Origin: Geotalea uraniireducens Rf4
GTDB lineage: Bacteria; Desulfobacterota; Desulfuromonadia; Geobacterales; Geobacteraceae
NCBI RefSeq assembly: GCF_000016745.1
Contig: NC_009483.1
Span: forward strand, 4,680,001 to 4,712,000
Length of the DNA stretch: 32,000 nt
Direction: 5' to 3'
The notes under the pieces were generated by a model, which saw nothing but the letters and a program-made list of their open reading frames with translations, had not been told where the DNA came from and searched no databases. This document shows, one piece after another, positions 10,774 through 18,345 of the stretch (within the stretch, counting starts at the first letter, position 1; each line of letters opens with the position of its first letter). A program made the position numbers and the translations under genes.

Positions 10774-10845
10774 AACGAGAGAACTGAAGTAATCGCGGTC
10801 ATGCGCGACAAGCTGATCCGTGAGTACTTCAATGGCCACACCTGA
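10774..10845 (+). pseudogene. Possible C-terminal remnant of a HepT/DUF86-type toxin gene
   Basis: A short open frame reads NERTEVIAVMRDKLIREYFNGHT*. It resembles the conserved R-x4-H-x-Y region (MRNKLIHEYF-like) of DUF86/HepT proteins. There is no start codon and no upstream body. Confidence 0.3.
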
Positions 10846-11016
10846 CCTGGAATATAGTGCCGGTTCGCACGTGCCAATGTTAATGGCCCTTTTTTGCCTG
10901 CAAAAACGTGTCTCTAAGGCTGGAAATGGGGTCTATTATGGCCAATTTGTCTATTAATTATAGCAGGTTAGCTTGGTCCGACCCCAGAAGAACCCAGCAA
11001 CATACAGCTTCATGCC

Positions 11017-11721
11017 TCAAACATCCAACCCCGCCCCATGCTTCCTCAGCCACTCCTTCCGTTCGCGGTATGCAGGAATGACCTTGTCCACCTCGTTCCA
11101 AAAGGCATCGGTGTGGTCCAGGTAATGGAAGTGGCAGAGTTCGTGGACCACGATGTAGTCTATGATCGTCTGCGGGGCCATCATGCACTTCCAGTGGAAG
11201 GCAAGGTTGACGCTGGGTGAGCATGAGGCCCAGCGATTGCCCAGTTCTCGGACATCTATGTCACGAGGGGTGACCCCAACCTTGGGCGCGTAGTAGTTCA
11301 CGCGTTGGGTTATCCTTTCTGCTCCACGGGCAATGTAGTAGTTACGAAAGGCTGCTTTTGCAGCCGCTATCGCCCCTGTATCCACCAGGTCACGCCGCAG
11401 GCAGAAACGTCCGTTCTTCAGCAGCAACGGTTCCGTCTGATCCGCCACGAGCAGCAGCCGGTAGGAGCGCCCCAAGTAGAGAAACCCCTCGCCGTTCTTA
11501 TATTCCCGCAGCACGCGGGTGGCGTTGAGATCGCGCCACTCGGCGAGGTTCTTGTAAATCCAGTAGCGCTTGGCCTCGACCATGTACTCTATCCGCTCAT
11601 CGGGGATCGACTCGGGCGCCCGGACCAGTACACGACCATCGCGTTCAATGACGATGTCCGCCGTGGCGCGGTTGCTACGCACAATTTCGTATGAGATGTC
11701 CTTGGCCCAGGTCGCCTTCAT
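11017..11721 (-). CDS. DUF45/YgjP-like (M48/SprT-type) zinc metallopeptidase
   Basis: 234 aa with an HELCH (HExxH) motif near the C-terminus (VVHELCHFHYLDHTDAFW). Its ATG overlaps the hsdR stop in an ATGA at 11718-11721. Confidence 0.85.
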   Translation of the reverse strand: MKATWAKDISYEIVRSNRATADIVIERDGRVLVRAPESIPDERIEYMVEAKRYWIYKNLAEWRDLNATRVLREYKNGEGFLYLGRSYRLLLVADQTEPLLLKNGRFCLRRDLVDTGAIAAAKAAFRNYYIARGAERITQRVNYYAPKVGVTPRDIDVRELGNRWASCSPSVNLAFHWKCMMAPQTIIDYIVVHELCHFHYLDHTDAFWNEVDKVIPAYRERKEWLRKHGAGLDV

Positions 11722-14700
11722 CGTGTCAGCTCCTGGTGGCGTTTTTCGGCGAGCTTCACAATCTCCACCGCGATCCGTTCGTGTTTGTCGATGAGTTGCG
11801 GGATCTCGGTCAGCAGGATCTCGGTGTCGATGTTCCCCCGAAGTTTCTTTACCTCGATTGGCTTCTTCCAGAAGTCGATGATGCCGATAGTACCTTGCAA
11901 CATCTCCACGATGCCAGCCATCAGCCTCTTCAACTGATGCCGATGATTCCCGGGCACTTCGCCATTCTCGAAAGCGAGCTGCACCACGTAGTCGTAGAAG
12001 GTGGTAGCCTCCCTGGTCAAGCCTTCCTCAGCATCCGTCCGGCCCGCCAGGGCTTCGCTTCTGAGTTGTTCATACCCCTCGGCCAGCACCTCCCATTGGT
12101 TCTTGTGCTCCTGGATCAGCTTTTCCAGCTTCTCGCTCAGCCGCTTGTAGAAGGCCGGGTCTTCGTCGAAGTGGATTGTGCAGTGTTTGCGGATGGCATG
12201 CTCCATCTCACTCGCCTTCGCCTCCGGGTTTCCCTGGGAATGCTTCTGCACATTGGAGATGAAGTCGTCCGACAGAAGCTCTATGGGGGGGATCTTGGGA
12301 TTTATCCCCAGGTCGATAAGGTGCTCGTTGATCAGCGCTTTCACCTTCTCACCGGCGTCGGAGATGTCGAGGGAGTCGTCCTTGTAGCGCTCCTTGACCA
12401 TGCGGAGGAGATAGCCGAAACGCCTTGCCGGGCCGCGGTAGGGATGCCCCGACGCGTGGGGGAGGATCAGGTTCAGGCTTTGGAGATACTTCTTCAGGTA
12501 GACCTCGAAGTCCGCCCGGCGCTTGATGTCCTGCATCGCTCCCACAGCCGCATGCACCACGGCCACGTCAGACTCTGGTGTTGCCAGTTCACCCTTTACG
12601 AAGGCTTCGATCTCCCCTACCCCGGCTGCGCGGAAATGCTGCAGGAGACGCTGATAGCGTTCTTCCAGAATCGGCAGTTCGGTGAGCCGGTTTTTCAGCC
12701 CTTGCTGGATGTCTTCTGCATCCTCATCGGAATAGATGCTGAGCGCCTCCATCAGGTGGTTGGCCAGGCCGATGTAATCGACGATGAACCCCCGGTGCTT
12801 GTTCTTCGTCACCCGGTTCACCCGGGCAATGGCCTGTAGCAGGTTGTGCTCGCGCAAACGCTTGTCGATATACATCACCTGCTCAACCGGGGCGTCGAAG
12901 CCGGTCAGCAGCATGTCACAGACGATCAGGAAGGCGATTCCAGTCAGATCCTTGTCCGGGTCGTCCAGATCAAAAGGTTTGCAGAAGTTCTCCACCGCGT
13001 TCCAGCGTTTCGCCTCCTTGCGCGCCTCGGTGATGGCGGCCAGTTCGTTGGTGGCGTCAGCGGAAACCACTACCACGGCCTTCAGGAAGGCGATGCGGCG
13101 AATCAGTTCGGTGTCGGGCTTCTGTTTGAGCTTCTCCACGTCAAGGCGCTCGGCCAGGGCTTCACGGATCGATTTCTGATAGCGGATCGCCGCCAGCTTG
13201 GAGTGGCAGACAACCTGCGCCTTGAAACCGTCGGGGAGGATGTTGTCGACGTAGTGCGTCACCAAGTCGCGGGCAATGGCCGCAATGCGCTGCTCGGCTT
13301 CCAGGATGTCGCCGCTGGCGCCATATTTCTTCTTGATGACGAGGAGTTCTTCTTCGCTCCGGTTCTTGAAGAGGTCTTCGAACTTGGTGTCGAAGCCGTG
13401 CTTGTCCTTCAACGCCGTGTCCGCCGTGCGTCCTTCGTAGAGAATCTGCAGCGTCGCGCCGTCATGCACCGCGTCCATCAGCTTGTAGGTGTCGATGTAT
13501 TCGCCGAAACGCTTCACCGTGCGCTTGCTGCCGTGTTGCTCGGAGATAAGCGGGGTGCCGGTGAAGGCGATGCGGGTAGCGTTGGGGAATGCCTCGAAAA
13601 TGTTTTCACCCAGGTCGGAGCCTTGCGTCCTGTGCGCCTCGTCAATCATCAGCAGGATGCGTTCGGACGGATTGACCACGCCAAAAGTTGCTCCGGACGG
13701 CGGCGGGCGGTAGGCTGCAAGCGCCTCGGCAACCATGGTCGGCAGCGCTTCGGCACGTTCCATGAACTTGTGTACCATCACCATGTTAATGTCGGAGGTA
13801 TCGGTACTCAGGTGCTCGCGCAACGCTGCCGTACTCTCAATCACATTAACCTTGCCGCCGATCAGCTTGGCAGTGGCTGCAAGTTGATCCTCCAGATCGA
13901 CGCGGTCGTTGACCAGCAGGATCTTGAAGTCGGCCAGGTCTTGTGATGCCCGCAGCATGCGGGCCACGAAAACCATAGTCAGTGACTTGCCCGAGCCCTG
14001 GGTGTGCCAGACGACGCCAGAGCGCTCCTCTGATGTCTTGCCGGTGCGCAGGCGCTCAACGATCCGGTGGGCAGCGCGGTACTGTTGGTAACGGCAGACC
14101 ACCTTCACCCGCTTGCCGGAGTCGGTATCCATGAAGACCGTGCAGGTGCGCAGCACATCCAGGAGCGTCGTTGGGGCGAGCAGCCCCTGGATCAGCCGCT
14201 CCTGTTCGCGCTCGATCCCCAGCGGCGGCGTGTAATTGCGGTTCTCCTCCGGCCAAATGTCCTTCCAGGCGTAGAAGTGCTCGTGGCCCGAGGTGATGCT
14301 GCCAAACTCCGCTTTCTCGCCACAGGTGCGTATCAGCAGCAAATTCGTGTGGAACAGGCGCGGCTCTCCTTCGCGCAGGCCGGCAGCAGCCGTTTCCGGG
14401 CGGCCGTTGCGGTAGCGAAGCAGTTGCTCGAAGGCGGCGTGCATCGGGTTGGCCGTGGTGGCGTCGCCGATCTTGGCCTCGATCACCACCAGCGGGATGC
14501 CGTTCACAAAGAGTACGATATCCGGGATGATGCATTTCTTCACGTAGCCGGGCGTGTCGATGCGGAACTGGTTGATGGCGTGGAACTGATTGCGCTCGGG
14601 GTGGGAGAAGTCAATGAGCTGGACCACAGGATCTGGCTCGCCGCTGATCTCATTGCGATCCACTTGTGCCTTGAGGAAGAGCGCCTGTACCGCCTCGTTG

Positions 14701-14972
14701 GCTTCAAGCAGGGTACGGTTTGGCTGGCGCAGGATTTGTGACCGGAGGTCATCGAGTTGGCGATCGGTCAGCCAGGGGGTACCGTCGGCGGTGCGGTTGA
14801 TGGCGCGCACGGCATTGTGGAAGACATCAGGGAGCAGCCATTCGCGGAAGGTGTCGCGCAGGCTGGCCGTAGGATCGGAGGGGATAAACCCCTGACCTTG
14901 GTCGATTACCGTCCAGCCCAGTGCGGCGAGCTGGTCAAGGAATGGTTTTTCTACGTGGAGATATTCAGACAT
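11718..14972 (-). CDS. hsdR: Type I restriction endonuclease subunit R
   Basis: The preferred start is the ATG at 14972 (MSEYLHVEKPFLDQLAALGW). The N-terminal nuclease motif is DIVLFVNGIPLVVIEAK. Helicase motif I is HTQGSGKSLT and the DEAH box is LLMIDEAHRTQ. The long C-terminal domain is typical of HsdR. The 69 codons upstream (to 15179) overlap the PIN-like gene and look non-coding. Confidence 0.95.
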   Translation of the reverse strand: MSEYLHVEKPFLDQLAALGWTVIDQGQGFIPSDPTASLRDTFREWLLPDVFHNAVRAINRTADGTPWLTDRQLDDLRSQILRQPNRTLLEANEAVQALFLKAQVDRNEISGEPDPVVQLIDFSHPERNQFHAINQFRIDTPGYVKKCIIPDIVLFVNGIPLVVIEAKIGDATTANPMHAAFEQLLRYRNGRPETAAAGLREGEPRLFHTNLLLIRTCGEKAEFGSITSGHEHFYAWKDIWPEENRNYTPPLGIEREQERLIQGLLAPTTLLDVLRTCTVFMDTDSGKRVKVVCRYQQYRAAHRIVERLRTGKTSEERSGVVWHTQGSGKSLTMVFVARMLRASQDLADFKILLVNDRVDLEDQLAATAKLIGGKVNVIESTAALREHLSTDTSDINMVMVHKFMERAEALPTMVAEALAAYRPPPSGATFGVVNPSERILLMIDEAHRTQGSDLGENIFEAFPNATRIAFTGTPLISEQHGSKRTVKRFGEYIDTYKLMDAVHDGATLQILYEGRTADTALKDKHGFDTKFEDLFKNRSEEELLVIKKKYGASGDILEAEQRIAAIARDLVTHYVDNILPDGFKAQVVCHSKLAAIRYQKSIREALAERLDVEKLKQKPDTELIRRIAFLKAVVVVSADATNELAAITEARKEAKRWNAVENFCKPFDLDDPDKDLTGIAFLIVCDMLLTGFDAPVEQVMYIDKRLREHNLLQAIARVNRVTKNKHRGFIVDYIGLANHLMEALSIYSDEDAEDIQQGLKNRLTELPILEERYQRLLQHFRAAGVGEIEAFVKGELATPESDVAVVHAAVGAMQDIKRRADFEVYLKKYLQSLNLILPHASGHPYRGPARRFGYLLRMVKERYKDDSLDISDAGEKVKALINEHLIDLGINPKIPPIELLSDDFISNVQKHSQGNPEAKASEMEHAIRKHCTIHFDEDPAFYKRLSEKLEKLIQEHKNQWEVLAEGYEQLRSEALAGRTDAEEGLTREATTFYDYVVQLAFENGEVPGNHRHQLKRLMAGIVEMLQGTIGIIDFWKKPIEVKKLRGNIDTEILLTEIPQLIDKHERIAVEIVKLAEKRHQELTR

Positions 14973-15000
14973 GATTTTCCAATCAAAAAAACGACCCAAG

Positions 15001-15507
15001 TTACCTGCGCCACTTTTTGATCCTAAGTTCACATTCGTGCAGAGGGAGGCGACTGGTCCCTCTCTCAATAAGCTTTTCCAGGCGATCGGCCGCCACGCCG
15101 GGGAGCAGCGCACCACGGGCGAGAAGTATATCAAAAACCCACAGCAGCCCATGTGTTTCGATACCGCGTTCCTCGGCATGCTGCCTCAACCTCTTGTCAC
15201 CGGTCAGCAGGATGCTTTCCAGCTTGCCGGCAAAATACAGGGCCGAGACATCTTCGATTGTTACCCGCGACGAGAGAAGCGCCTGAAGTTGCACGATCTC
15301 GGTAAGAGCCTGCGCCCCCACCGCTTCGATCCCGAACCGGCCCTCATCCACAAATCGCTTCAGTTTGATCTTCTGGTTCTTGCGGTTGACCTCACGCCAG
15401 ACGAGCGTGGTCGTGCGCAGATCAAATCCCAGCCCGAACCAGGCGTCCAGCAGGTCACAGTCAGCCATGTCAATGAGGACCGATGCATCCTGGATGATGA
15501 CTTTCAC
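15001..15507 (-). CDS. PIN-like domain nuclease (DUF3368/DUF4411-like), candidate toxin/effector
   Basis: The GTG start at 15507 overlaps the upstream stop in a GTGA. The N-terminus VKVIIQDASVLIDM, later REV, EDVSAL and LLTGDKRL give the four spaced acidic positions typical of PIN folds. About 168 aa. Confidence 0.65.
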   Translation of the reverse strand: MKVIIQDASVLIDMADCDLLDAWFGLGFDLRTTTLVWREVNRKNQKIKLKRFVDEGRFGIEAVGAQALTEIVQLQALLSSRVTIEDVSALYFAGKLESILLTGDKRLRQHAEERGIETHGLLWVFDILLARGALLPGVAADRLEKLIERGTSRLPLHECELRIKKWRR

Positions 15508-16586
15508 AGAAACTCGCTCAACGTCTGTTGGAACTCCACCAACGACACGTTGAGCAGGGCAGCGCCCTTGTCGAAGCTGATCTGTTCTTCCGCCGTAGCC
15601 CGCAGGACCAGCTGTTCGAAGCGGCTGGATTGCTCGGTGCCGATGTATTTCCCCGGCTCGTCGCGATGCCACCCCTTTTTCTTGCGGATGATGCTGAACT
15701 GGCGGTACGTGGAATCGTCGATCAGCTTCAGGTCGTGGGCTCGGTGCATGATAGCCGCGATCGACATGCCATAACGCCGCTTCAGGTCAATCAGTTCCTC
15801 CAGGCTGATCCGGTGCCGGAAGCCGCCCCAATCCGACGTAAAGACCTCCTTGGGGATCAGCATGGCTCCTGCGAAGCGGTTGCAGAACGCTTCGAGTTCC
15901 TTGCCGCTCAGGTCGGTGTGCGGGGCCACCAACAGATGCGCCGCCTCGTGCAGAGTTGTGAAGCGCTTGCGGGGCATGTCCTTATTCAGCCAGGTTGCCA
16001 GCACGATCACTGGGTGGCCGTCGGCCCACCCCGAGAAGCCGTCGAAGCTCTCCGGCGCCTCAACCTCGAAGATCTTGAAGCCGTTGGTCTCCAGGGTTTC
16101 GATGACATTCGGCAGCGGGTCCTCTCCCAGCTTCCAGTGTAAGCGGACCTTGACAGCTGCCTCCTCCGCCTCTTCGGGTCGGGTGTACCTGACATGCCCC
16201 AAGGGATCGCGGAAGCGGGAGGGGAGCCCCAGAATCTGTTCGATCTCGCAGTACCGCTCGAAAAAGTCGGTGGCCAGCTCCTTGACCGCATCCTCGGACT
16301 TGGCCCCCAGGCCGGTGGTCTTGCGGAAGCGCAGCTCCCGCAGTTCCACCGTGAAGGGGCGGAAGAAGAAGTCCAGCGGCTTGTCCAGCACATCCGCCAC
16401 CGGAATCAGGACATCGTCGCTCGGCATCATCTCCCCGCACTCGTAACGGTGCAGGGCGTTGTAGGAGACCTTACCTCCGATGGCCTCGGCCACGGCCCGC
16501 AGTGACATGCCGCGCATGCGTCGCGCCTGCGAAAGCCGCCGGCCGAAAATCTCTTTCGGGTCCTGTTGTTTCATGGTCGTCTCCAT
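15504..16586 (-). CDS. XRE-family HTH domain fused to an ImmA/IrrE (COG2856) zinc metallopeptidase domain
   Basis: 360 aa. The N-terminal HTH is FGRRLSQARRMRGMSLRAVAEAIG..SYNALHRYECG. The HEAAH (HExxH) motif is at residues 213-217, in the LHEAAHLLV context typical of ImmA/IrrE. Confidence 0.85.
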   Translation of the reverse strand: METTMKQQDPKEIFGRRLSQARRMRGMSLRAVAEAIGGKVSYNALHRYECGEMMPSDDVLIPVADVLDKPLDFFFRPFTVELRELRFRKTTGLGAKSEDAVKELATDFFERYCEIEQILGLPSRFRDPLGHVRYTRPEEAEEAAVKVRLHWKLGEDPLPNVIETLETNGFKIFEVEAPESFDGFSGWADGHPVIVLATWLNKDMPRKRFTTLHEAAHLLVAPHTDLSGKELEAFCNRFAGAMLIPKEVFTSDWGGFRHRISLEELIDLKRRYGMSIAAIMHRAHDLKLIDDSTYRQFSIIRKKKGWHRDEPGKYIGTEQSSRFEQLVLRATAEEQISFDKGAALLNVSLVEFQQTLSEFL

Positions 16587-16626
16587 TTTCTGTTCCCGCC
16601 TCGGTGTACAGAAAACATTTCATTGC

Positions 16627-16666
16627 ATGTTGACAAATTTATCATTATTTTATATTTTGTCAACAT
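16627..16666. promoter_or_regulatory. Symmetric divergent promoter/operator
   Basis: Perfect 11-bp inverted repeat: ATGTTGACAAA (16627-16637) and TTTGTCAACAT (16656-16666), with an 18-nt AT-rich spacer. Each arm contains a consensus TTGACA -35 box facing outward. The -10-like TATATT/TATTTT (+) and TAAATT/ATAAAT (-) lie in the spacer. Confidence 0.5.
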
Positions 16667-16693
16667 AACCATTTCACATTAGGGAGAATGATC

Positions 16694-16909
16694 ATGGCCA
16701 AAGATGCACCCGGAATGCGCGGCATTCGCAGCAGGAACGAGGATGAACAGCTTCGCCAGAAGCGGGGCGATACCCACGTCGGAACTATTGAGAAGATGTA
16801 CGGTCTGGACTTTGATGCCCGCAGTGATATGCACCTTCATACCTTGCTCCAGCGTGAGGGGGTTCAGTCGCTGCATGAGTTGATTGAGAGTGGCAGCGAC
16901 CGCAATTAA
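16694..16909 (+). CDS. Small hypothetical protein (71 aa), divergent from the XRE-ImmA gene
   Basis: A GGGAG RBS at 16682-16686 sits 7 nt before the ATG at 16694 (MAKDAPGMRG...). I recognise no family. The stop is 14 nt from the pAgo stop (convergent). Confidence 0.45.
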   Translation: MAKDAPGMRGIRSRNEDEQLRQKRGDTHVGTIEKMYGLDFDARSDMHLHTLLQREGVQSLHELIESGSDRN

Positions 16910-16923
16910 TCACTTCGAATAGG

Positions 16924-18345
16924 TTACATGAAAAACCGGAATTGATAGGGCGCACTCCCCAATCCACTCATGCGTTTAACAACCCGTGCAAGCACCTTTG
17001 AGTACCCGATGGTTACGGGTAGTGGGTCATACAAGGCGTCGTTATTCCAGTTCATCTTAGTAAGCGCAAGAATAGCGAGTGCAGCCTCATCCCAAGACCC
17101 ATGGCCAGCGTGTCGCACCAAGCGCAACGGCCGAGGAGTGCTTCGAGCCCCTTGAAAATATGCCCCCCGATCACTGATTCCGCGGACATCACCATGCGTC
17201 CACAATAATGCTTCACGCGATCCCAAGCCAATGAGGGTGCCCCGTGAGACAGGGAAAGAAGCAGGTTTGCCTTTTTTAGTCTCTTTATCGAGGTCGATCC
17301 GGATGCCACGCCATCCAACGTCTTCGACGATTTGCACCAAGTCAACCGCCTCGCACAGGTGAAGGGCCTCCATACAACCGTCAATCTCGTCTTGTTTGAA
17401 TTCGGTGGTCTTGTGGACCATCACACGTCGGGGGGAGCGGCCCGCATGCCGACGGCGGTATAGATCAACGGAGCGAGTCATAACTCTGAACATCTCAGTA
17501 CGCGAGAGGAATGGATTTTCGCGCTGAACTTCAACCTCATGGGCATCGTAAGCGACGAACTCCAGGCCAGAGCCCTCAGCATCGAAGACCTGACTACAAC
17601 AAGTAACAAAGCGCGAACGGCCCGAGTCTGGCGGGCGAACTGCGTAAGATATGCCTATATAGGCCGTCTCAGCATCGGTCTCTGCCAGCTTCCAAGGTAC
17701 TCCACCAGCTTTTGCGTAGAGCGCCAGCCCAATACGCCACATTACGCTGGCGCGGTGCGGGTAGGCTAGAGCTTTGTCCTCGCGCACAAACTGAACGGGG
17801 AGTCGACGTGCAGCTGTGGCGGCCTTCAGATGGTCGTGCAGATCAAAATCCTCGCCATGACTTCCTGTGTAGCCGGGGGTCCAGCGCTGGGGAATATAGA
17901 TAAACAGCACATCAAATTTGTCACGGTGTGCTTCGAGTGCCTGGATCTTACGGATTAAGCGGTCAGCTAGTACAATGTGCGGCGTTGAGGAAGCATGAAA
18001 CTCGGCCTCAAATTCTGTGTCGAGTTCTATGTGACAGCCCGCACCAGCCCCTCGCATATGGAGGCCGAAGACGCTATGAAAACCCGGCCACTCTGGAAGA
18101 TATTCGGCACGTTCGGTCGCCTTGACTACAGAGTTGAGTTCTTTCATAAAACCGTAAAGGTGGCGACTCTCGCCGGCTGGGGCTATGGTGGCAACCCGGA
18201 TTGGGTCAGGCACCAGACCACTTGAATGTGGTCCGAATCTCAGCAGTCCGCGTAAAGGATGAATATCTTGATCTGATTGACGATCCGGATGAAAAGCCAG
18301 TTTAGGTTCTGGTAGCCAAATGTGAGTGGAAATTTCGCTACTCAT
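16924..18345 (-). CDS. Short prokaryotic Argonaute (MID + PIWI only), predicted catalytically inactive
   Basis: At 473 aa it is too short for N/PAZ domains. The MID-like 5'-end pocket segment is DLHDHLKAATAARRLPVQFVREDK (H/K/Q/K pattern). PIWI landmarks are AKAGGVPWKL and YIGISY. By eye, the positions of the DEDX catalytic residues read S233 (IGIS instead of IGID), T313 (HKTT instead of HRDG) and K450 (YSKVLA instead of YA[D/H]LLA). The ATG overlaps the SIR2-APAZ stop (ATGA at 18342-18345). Confidence 0.9.
   Translation of the reverse strand: MSSEISTHIWLPEPKLAFHPDRQSDQDIHPLRGLLRFGPHSSGLVPDPIRVATIAPAGESRHLYGFMKELNSVVKATERAEYLPEWPGFHSVFGLHMRGAGAGCHIELDTEFEAEFHASSTPHIVLADRLIRKIQALEAHRDKFDVLFIYIPQRWTPGYTGSHGEDFDLHDHLKAATAARRLPVQFVREDKALAYPHRASVMWRIGLALYAKAGGVPWKLAETDAETAYIGISYAVRPPDSGRSRFVTCCSQVFDAEGSGLEFVAYDAHEVEVQRENPFLSRTEMFRVMTRSVDLYRRRHAGRSPRRVMVHKTTEFKQDEIDGCMEALHLCEAVDLVQIVEDVGWRGIRIDLDKETKKGKPASFPVSRGTLIGLGSREALLWTHGDVRGISDRGAYFQGARSTPRPLRLVRHAGHGSWDEAALAILALTKMNWNNDALYDPLPVTIGYSKVLARVVKRMSGLGSAPYQFRFFM

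Noticed and set aside
11691-13946. Two long plus-strand ORFs (11691..12839, 382 aa, and 12846..13946, 366 aa), plus 14067..14741, lying antisense to hsdR
   Set aside because: They lie entirely within the well-supported hsdR frame. Their translations are low-complexity and rich in L/V/G/D/H/Q, typical of antisense frames in GC-rich genes. I see no RBS or recognisable motifs.
14973-15179. A 69-codon N-terminal extension of hsdR (track ORF starts at 15179)
   Set aside because: The extension overlaps the 3' end of the PIN-like gene and reads as Cys/Pro/Trp-rich nonsense. The canonical HsdR N-terminus MSEYLHVEKPFLDQL begins at the ATG at 14972.
15528-16446. Plus-strand ORFs 15528..16142 (204 aa) and 15850..16446 (198 aa) opposite the XRE-ImmA gene
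   Set aside because: The minus-strand frame has HTH and HExxH motifs and is translationally coupled to its neighbour. The plus-strand frames are featureless.
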